From positions 249,805,741 through 249,869,740 of the forward strand of contig CM041465.1 of assembly GCA_023213395.1 (NCBI GenBank): a DNA stretch of 64,000 nt, written 5' to 3'. Below are positions 55,038 through 64,000 of the stretch, piece by piece. The translations under genes and the position numbers were made by a program. Numbering within the stretch: position 1 is the first letter of the stretch; the number at the start of each line of letters is the position of its first letter. Under the pieces are notes generated by a model. The model made no database searches, was not told where the DNA came from, and saw only the letters and a program-made list of their open reading frames with translations. This DNA comes from Cycas panzhihuaensis (lineage: Eukaryota > Plantae > Cycadophyta).

Positions 55038-55989
55038 CTTAAATAAACAAAAAAAATATAACTTGTCAAACCTATGCTTGGAGGATGATGTACGACAAGC
55101 TCAATCTCATCACAGGAGTAGCAGATCATGATGAAACTTGAAGGAGAGTTGGATCTTCTAGATACCAAGGCACCTCTCAAGTTTTATTAAAAATTGATTA
55201 CCACTAGTTGAGAATGAAGCAACGAAAGGTATGGAGATTGTGGAGGGTGCATGAAGTGTGTTGAGGCTATATGGCTCATAGAGGGTTCGAAAATGCTTGA
55301 GATAGATTCGTTTAACTCCTATCAGACCTGCACCACTATCACAGAAGAAAACAAATGAAAAATAAAGCCAAAATAAGTAAATGAGAAGAGGGGCAGTGGG
55401 GTTTCATTACCAAAATGAGTAGACAAGCTTCTGGGAGGGAGATCTCTTCTTAGGAGCGATGAAAAATGAAATCGTTGAATCTGGTATAGAACTAACTCAA
55501 AAGGCATCGAAATGAATAGTCACTTGATATGGTTTTGATCATTATGGAGAGCACAGTAGACTATAGAAATATAAGTTCCTTGCAAAACCTTAAAATTTTA
55601 GTAAAAAATAATTGAAATCATAGAAAATATTAGTTGCAATACTAATATAATGGCTCCAAATGATTGTTGGGTTGATTATACCTACAAACTCTACACATAT
55701 CTAAGAAAAAATAGATTATATTAAGCATATAAATAAAAAATAATCAAACTTTTTTAAAAAATAATATAAAAACTATTAATAAGCTTTATAAAGATTAAAT
55801 AAAAACTCAATATAATACTTGTCATGAGTATTTTGATAGATATCCTTTTCAAAACTTAATAGATCTTTTCTTTGATGCCGAATAAAGCCAAATGATGGAG
55901 CTTTGATTATAGTCCAAGATCTAAAATGTTAAATAAAACCAAGTAGGCCAAGATCAAGAAGCTCTGAAGAAAAATATAGCTAAGATCTA

Positions 55990-56001
55990 GCTCTAATACC
56001 A
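55990..56001 (-). promoter_or_regulatory. PBS (tRNA-iMet type) of a minus-strand LTR element; its LTR end is at 56004 and its leader runs leftwards
   Basis: Minus strand reads caaca-tt-tggtattagagc. Confidence 0.75.
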
Positions 56002-56739
56002 AATGTTGAAGTATGGAGAATAGAGCAGAGAAAGTGAATATACAAATCAAACTAGTATTCAAACCATATTGAGAGTGCACATTTAAAAGATCATTATATT
56101 AAGCCATCTTTGAAGAGTACATCCAACAATGAACACTAGGGTTTAGAACCCAATAAAATATATACTTGGGAGGAAGGAAGGAACCCTCCTCAATCTCTAA
56201 ATTTAAAATAATATAAAATAATAACAAAGCATTATAATAATAACAATGCATAATAAAATAACATTACCTTAACTTACCATGAAGATGTGTGCACTTCACA
56301 TGTTCCCAATGGTGGGAGTTAGGTAAGGAACATTAACCCCAACAGAGCTACTAGAGGGTTTACCACCAAAGAGAAACATATAGCATCAAATTAACTTGAT
56401 TCCAAGATTTACACTACCAAATTAAGTTGCATATAAGCTAAGCCCTAAAGAAAATGAAGAATTAAACTAATATGTTAGTGAATTAATAAACAAATGGATG
56501 GTAAGAGAAAGTATGAGCCTATGTGCAACTCTTTATTTTATAAATCCAAAGAAATATGGTTCTTGGAGCATGTGTATCAATTATACGTCAATCGATAGAA
56601 TCATAATTAGGTACAAGTTATTGATTCCTTAAATACATGACATGTTACATATTTTGGTAAGCATGTCCTATTTCACTAAAATTAACTTGAGAAGTAGTTA
56701 TTATTAGATTTAGATTTAGGAGGGGAAGAAATATAAGAT

Positions 56740-59116
56740 AACCTTCAAAATAATAAATGGGTTTTATAAATGGCATATTGTTCCATTTAGGATGTCATAT
56801 GGCATGATTATATTCATGAGGCTAATAGACACCATCTGCAACCATATATTAGTAAGTTTGTAGTTGTCTATTTTGATTGTATTTTAATATATAGTAAAGC
56901 TAAGGAGGAGTATTTACTACACTTAAGGATGGTGTTAGATATATTAAGGGCATAGAAGTTGTATGTGAACTTAAAGAAATGCAAGTTTATATAGAGTAGT
57001 TTAGTATTTTTAGGATTCATAATCCTATGATAGGCTACATATGGATGAGGAGAAAATTAGAGCCATTGTTGAATAGACTACACTTATGAATGTAATAGAG
57101 ATGAAGAACTTCCATGGCTTAGTTATATTTTATAAGAAGTTCATTAAAAATTTTAGTGGTATGATTTCTCCTTTGATAAATTGTACTAAGGGAAAGGAGT
57201 TTTCTTGGAATAAGGTAGCAAAGTAGAACTTCAAACTAATAAAGAAAAAGGTGATAGAGGAGAATGCATTGACATCCCATGTGGCTCTTAGAGTTGTGTT
57301 AACTTAAAAATGAAGGTTAATAGCATATTACATTGAGAAGTTAAATGAGGTAAGGAAGAAGCATTCTACCTATGACATATAATTCTATGTTATTATATAG
57401 TCACTTAGGCATTGGCAGCATTATCTTGTGCCTAAGGAGTTTATCTTATTTACAAGCCATCAGGCATTAAACTATATAAACATATAAAAAAGTTGAATAT
57501 TAGGCATGCAAAGTGGGTATCATATTTGTAGGGATTTACTTTCATCTGAAGCATAAATCAAAAAAGTAAAATCAAGTTGTTAATGTATTGAGTAGAATGG
57601 TAGTATTATTAATCACTATGATAAGTGAAATGGTTAAATTTAATGCTTTCAAAGATTTATATGATATTAATCCAAAATTTGGCCAAGTTATACAAGATTA
57701 CAAGAATCCCTTATGGGTTTGAGTATAATGACTATTTTATGTAGGACGGATACTTATTTGAAGGAAAACAATTATGAATTATCATTAGGTCCATGAGAGA
57801 CAATATTATGAGGGAATTATATAGTGGAGAACTTGGGAGGCACTTTGGTAGGAATTAGATCATAACTTTAATAGAGAAAAAGTATTTTTGGCTAAAGATG
57901 AAATAAGATATTGCAAAATATATAATGAGGTGCATGATTTATCAAGTGGCTAAAGGGCATGCAAATAATATTGGACTATATATGCCAATACTAATGCTAT
58001 AAGGGTCATGGACAAATTTGAGCATGGATTTTATATTAAATTTTCTAAACACCCAACAAGGTAATGACTCTATATTTGTTGTTGTAAATAGGTTTCCAAA
58101 AATGGTCCATTTTATTAAATATAAAATGGCTAGTGATGCAATAAGAATAGTAGATTTATTTTTCAAGGAGATTGTTAGGTTGCATGGGGTATCGAAGACT
58201 ATTACTTTGATTAGAGATACTAAATTTCTAAGTCATTTCTAGAAAATATTATAGAAGAAATTGAGGACAATGCTATAATTTGGTAGCAAGTACCATCTAC
58301 AAATTGATGGGCATATAAAGGTGGTAAATAGAAGTTTGGGAAACCTATCGAGATATATCATTAGAGAGAAACCCAAGTAATGGGACCTAGCATTAGCACA
58401 GGTTGAATTTGCCTATAACAACTCTATAAATAGATCTATATATAAGTCACCATTTTAGATTGTATATGGATGGAATCATAAGGAGGTGTTGGATTTAGCC
58501 CAATTACCCATTAGTAATAGGATAAATGACAATGTAAAAGCCTTTGCAAAACACATGGAGTAAGTGCATGATGAAGTGAGGAGAAAAATTATAGGATAGT
58601 AATGATAAATATAAGGCGATGATAGATCTCAGTAAGAGAAATAATGTATTTACAAAAGAAAATATAGTGATGGTGTACTAGAGGAAGGATAAATTTCCTC
58701 AAGGTATAGCTAAAATGTAAGAAGATAAGTCCCTATAGAATTGTGAATAAAATTAATGACAATGCTTATGAGGTAAATCTACCCCATAATTTTGATAGTT
58801 TACCTATGTTTAATGTTTTTTATTTGTATGCTTTCTATGAAGGAGATGACAAGGTAGAAGATGAGGCAAAAGGGGTGAATTAGAGGCAACAAATACTAAG
58901 GAAGAAGAGGAAGAGATTTAATAGGTTCTAAATAAAAAAAATAGTTCATACAAAATAAGTTAGTTATGATAGATATTTAGTTCAATGGAAAGGGCTACAG
59001 TAGGAGCATAATACTTTAATTTCTGAAAGTGAATTAAAGAAACACATCATGGACAAGTGGCAAAAGTTCTAGCATAATGACTCATAAGAGGTAAGTTCTT
59101 TTCAAGTAGGGGAGGA
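56740..59116 (+). pseudogene. 5'-truncated chromovirus (CRM-like) RT-RH-INT-chromodomain remnant ending in a PPT
   Basis: TFKIINGFYKW..VPF; FVVVYFDCILIYS; SMDFILNFLNTQQGNDSIFVVVNRFPKMVHFI...KEIVRLHG; RYLVQWKGL; terminal SSFQVGEDD overlapping PPT aggggagga; LTR start TGATA at 59117. Confidence 0.85.
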
Positions 59117-61368
59117 TGATACAAGATCATTTACAAATTCCAAATTTAAAGGGTTAAGTTGCTGAGATTATAAATTTTGATCCAGGTGTTTGTTTTGGCC
59201 CTTTTTTTTAATGTAGATCTTTGAAAAGTGCATATTGTGGTAATGCATTTTATCAATTATGACACTATTTTCAAAAATGTTAAGGCTATCCAAGATTATC
59301 TAATAACTGAAAACTAAATTTTATGATTATCTATTACTTTTGTAAGATTTTAAGGGTATTATTTTTCTTAGTTAAGGTATTAGTTCTACTTTACTAATGT
59401 TTTTGTGGGACCCATAACATGTTTAACTACCCATGGGTTAGTTAGTTTTTATATAATTTGGGGATACTTTATTTTCTTCACATGCATGTGTTATGGAAGG
59501 AATCATTACGTAATCAATATTCTTTTATTTAGTAGATAAATTAATTTGACCCTTTTTTAAGTTATTTCTATTCATATGGCCACTTCTAAATAGTCGAGAA
59601 TTTAAGTTCATTTTGGGAAATATCTTTAAAAATTAAAAGCCATACCCCTAGGAAAGAGAAAAAGATGAAGCTCCTTTTACCGATATGACCACAAGTTTGA
59701 GAGGGTAGAATTGAAATTATATCAATTTAAATTAAGTTGGGGTAAACTTGAATATATTTGTAATGTAATTTAATTAAAACCAATTTTAGAAAAATTTAAT
59801 TATTTTGAAAAAAATGAAAACTAGTACTAGCACTTATTACACATTCTTTATTAAATTACATTTAAACTTCATGATTTTTTAAAAGTGTTTAAGTGTTATA
59901 TTCCTTAGCATAAACCATTATTTCTATAATTACTAATTTTTAATACATGGTTTTCTAGAGTTGTTATGTAAATAACAACTAGATAGGTGCCATGTGCAAG
60001 TTTTATTATTGCAAGGATCAAAAAGACTTGGTAGACTACCAAAAAAATGTGAACAATAATGAATAAAATTTTAATGGTATACCAAGAAAGAATTGAGAAG
60101 ATAAACACCTAACAATCCAAATAGAGAGAGAGAGAGAGAGAATGTCTATGGTTTTTTTTATTCAAAGTTAAAACTATGGCAAGTTAGCACCAATAACCTA
60201 AGCTTTGCTTCATATCTCCTCCATAATTTTTATGGGACATCTCTAAGTAGTGTCCTGCCTGCTAATATTTAATGACAAGGGGGCTATGTGAAGGATATAA
60301 GCATGATCTATGGTTGCTACACTGAAATAGGTTAGAAACAACTGTCAAATTCCCATTATAAGCTACCCAACAATATTCTATGCATATGTTCAAGGCTAGA
60401 GAATGAGAATGTAAGTTTAATAAGTTATTAGAGGGACTTCTACAAGATCTTTAAGAGTTTATACATTACCAAATCATTAGGAATCACTAAACGCCAACTA
60501 CCTAGGAGTTATTTATCTTATAGTAATATTTGAAGAATAATGTATAATGTATTAAAATAGTCAAAAGTAAACACAAGACTATATAATGGAAAACTAAATT
60601 GAATGCTTAATTTCTTCTACACAGAAAAGTTTGTATTTGAATTAATTGATCAATATATTTATGCATAGGTTTCAAAGGACATATGTGCTTGATTCCTTAA
60701 CACTTCTTCATAGATCATGGTCTTTCATATTTGTAACTATTTAATTTCCCATTATACATTATCATTAGCTTATTATTTATTAATATTAAGTAATTGGACT
60801 AACTTAGAGATGGATTATTAATGTTAGTTGTGGGGCCTATAACATTGGATTCCACCACAAATATATTGAGTGAAACAATTGGTAACTCATATTCTAATTT
60901 AACTTACCATGTAATAAAGGATTAAGTACACATACCCATAAGGAGATTGACAAAGACACACACACACATACATATATATATTATAGTTATGAGAGTGGTC
61001 ATAACATATAAAAATCATAGAGGTTATTACTAGAATAATGCCTATATTGGGGCTTATATATGCCTTAGGTTGATTACCCACATTGGGATGATAAATTAGA
61101 TTGGTGGAAGTATCATGGCAGCATTATGTAAAATCCTAGATGTACTTAACCACACTATGTTAGATCATGGTAGCATTATATCTGGTGTTTGTTAATGCCA
61201 ATTGATAGTGGACTTTAAGTGGTGTACCACATCTTGCTCAAGTTTCGCTTATTCATTAATGGGGTCTAAAGACCCTGATGTTCATCAACACCACCACTCT
61301 CATGGGATTGATGGTTATCTCCTTCCTATATTCTCATTATGTTCCCTTTGTTCCCTCATTCTATCATT

Positions 61369-61380
61369 TGGTATCAAAGC
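61369..61380 (+). promoter_or_regulatory. PBS (tRNA-iMet type) after an LTR end TATCA at 61366
   Basis: ctatca-tt-tggtatcaaagc. Confidence 0.75.
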
Positions 61381-63703
61381 ACCATTCAGACATTTAAAGC
61401 CATCTACCTTATTTGTAAAAGCTAACGTCATGCATTAAGAGCCATTACTCAAGAGTTCAGAGCCACGCTTGAGAAGCCATCCAAGAAGGAGTTGTGAGGA
61501 GTTTATCACACACGTCATTAGTATACGTACATCCTTTGTTGATTTGGTTTATCATTTATATTATTTTTAGCTCTCATCTTTGTATTTTATCACTCATATT
61601 ATTTATTCATCTCGGTGCGTAAGTAATATTATTGTGCTTTAAGCCATAGTACTCCTATCACATTTGGTTAAAAGCCTACTACTCTATGTGTGGCAATCTA
61701 TTGGCTTATTTGTATCTATTGTTAGATGCTTTATTATTTATATTCATCAACATTAGAAAGTGTCTTTAAAACTATCATCTCATTGATATCTTTGCATCCC
61801 AACTTATTTATACATATGTGTTGCATGCATTCCCTACCCATTGTTCCTACACATCCTTGAGAAATCAAACATACACTATGGAGAAATAGGTAGTCATATT
61901 GAAGTTGTAACACTCATTACATTGTCATTGGATTGTCTGAGAATAGTGCTCTTATATATAGCAATTTGGATGCTATCATCAACTGACCTAGAAAGAGTTG
62001 TCCATGACTTTGAACAAAAAGTGTTTGTCACTCTTTGGGTAAGTTTCATCATACTCCATATACAAGCTACGTAATATTGGCACCCCTTAGTATTTACATC
62101 TCCAATCAATGGCTACATCTACGTCCCCTAAGCTTTGTTCGTCTATTATCTAGTTGCGCCTTCCATCTATCTTACTATAGACTTCATAGTATCTATGCAA
62201 TTCATGGATTTTAATGTAATATTCTAGTTTACATATCCTTAAGGTTTGTGTATTTCAAATACATAATTTTTGCATATAATTGCATCCTTTGTCATTAGAA
62301 AATATTTCCCTAAATATATCTAGATTTTATATTATACGACCTTAATATCTAGTGTGCCTTGTGACCTACATATCAGCCATCAAATTTACTCTTTACATCA
62401 CTTGTACTTTATAATATTTACGTAATATTTTGCATCCCTTTTTTTGGTCTATGTTGGAAAAAAGCCACAAAGAAGACGTGACTATATAAGCCACTAAGAA
62501 GGCATTTATGAGGCTCGTTAAAGAAACCTAATTAAGTCACCACTTATGAGTGATTTTTATTATGTAGTTGCATCTTCCTCATGTGAAATTGTTACCATTA
62601 ATCATTATGTTGGTGTTGCAGTAGTCCCTTTTCATTCATGAGCTTTTGCATCTAAAGATGCTTATGTATTCTCTTCATATTTATATTTCATATTTCTCTT
62701 TGAAACTTAGGTATTTTATAATCTTTTGATTGTGTCCTTCTATTGTTCATTTGACTGTATAAGCTCATTTGATCCATCTCTTTTTTTAATCTCCCATTTG
62801 CATATTAAATGTAACAACTTGTTCCTCTAATTTGTAGTTGCAATTTAGAGATGGCCATCATATATTTATTCAATCATATTTACTTTGTATGATAAACATA
62901 AAACTAAACCCAACACTCTATTTGTGTCTAGCATTCACTTTACATAAGCTACTGTACTATCCATTTAAAGATCTAACTAGTATAATTGCATGTAACTTTC
63001 ACACATTAGAGAGATTAACAAGTCACATTCAGTAATCAAGTGACCAAGAGATATTTTCAAAAGGGGCCAAGCCATTTTTCAAAAGGTTGTTTTAAAATCA
63101 ACACCTATTTCTTCTCTAGTAGCCATTATTATCACTAGTGAAGTTAGATTTCAATTCTATCAGATTTAACATGAAATATACTTTCACCTAAACAAAATGA
63201 GTGGTCACACTACCATATTTGGTTTATATTTGATGTACTTTTTAATGGCCAAAATTGATGTAAAATTTCTTTGAGCCTTATGTGTTAAAAGGCTAAATTT
63301 TCCTTTGACATTTTAATGTATATCTTGGCCATATTATGTTAGAATTGAGTCTCATTTAAAGTGTCAGACTTCTTTTCCTGTACTCTACTAAGTTGATAAA
63401 ATTTTAAAATTCTTTAATATAACTTTTTTATGATCAAAGCCGGTATTAGTTTTGGACTTCTTACGTGATGTCCCTTATATAAACTAGCAAAATTTTAGTT
63501 TATAAACTTTCATTAATATAAAAATTTACTTTGGAAGTGGTTGAGTCCTAATTAGGATATTTGTCTAAGTCTTGAAGTTGAATTAGGAAAAATCTTGATT
63601 ATCTTTGAGTGTCTTTTTTATTGCCTTTCTTAGTGTTTTATTAACACTTTCTTTCAAGTACTTTATTTTTTAAACAATTAGTTTTTAAGGCAATTTTTTC
63701 ATT

Positions 63704-64000
63704 ATGACATTAAATATTGGTAATGTTATAATGCCCAACTTTGATGGCACAAATTTTCTTAATTGGAGTAGATGTATAAAACCAATTTTTGTAGCTAAAA
63801 ATATATGGGACCATATTAAAACAGGTTATGAATCGCTTACCAAAATGCCACTAAGGATGAGAAGAAAAGCTTCAAAGAGAATGAAAAGAGAAACAACGTG
63901 GCACTTGCATTCATTTTTTGCACTTTGGGGGATCATATATTCCTAAGGGTCAGTGAAGCAACAACATCAAAGGAAGTATAAGATGCACTAAAGACTACAT
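63704..64000 (+). pseudogene. Start of a Copia gag (runs off the window, frameshifted)
   Basis: MPNFDGTNFLNWSRCIKPIFVAKNIWDHIKTGY is a typical Copia gag N-terminus. Confidence 0.8.

Overview
AT-rich plant heterochromatin with no recognisable host gene; the composition suggests a large-genome plant such as a gymnosperm, but that is inference. Almost every base belongs to decayed, nested retroelements. From LTR pairs and target-site duplications (TSDs) read by eye, a ~2 kb non-autonomous LTR element (A, 912 to at least 43925) has been inflated to ~43 kb by seven insertions: a Tork-like Copia (B, 1168-6136, TSD CTATA); a Reina-like chromovirus (C, 6637-~24196) that holds a non-coding LTR element (D, 11476-15451, TSD ATATA) and a deleted Copia with a 3 kb (AT)n tract (E, 16563-24096); a minus-strand non-chromovirus Gypsy (F, 25033-35047, TSD ATAAG); and a full-length L1-type LINE (G, 35372-43843) that holds another non-coding LTR element (H, 40579-43361, TSD GTTGA). 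Beyond 43.9 kb lie a tRNA-headed SINE, a deleted Gypsy derivative, degenerate minus-strand Gypsy remnants, a CRM-like pol fragment and the start of a Copia gag. The best leads are: (1) a 23-25 nt GGTCA..TGACC hairpin module recurring in internal/leader regions of several LTR elements with different LTRs; (2) PBS copies built into LTR ends at 30-nt spacing; (3) element F, with a tRNA-Glu-like PBS, a repeat-extended three-knuckle Gag and a downstream PMD-like/coiled-coil ORF; (4) a structured SINE whose body has blocks resembling plant SRP RNA. None is a proven new system. All alignments were manual.
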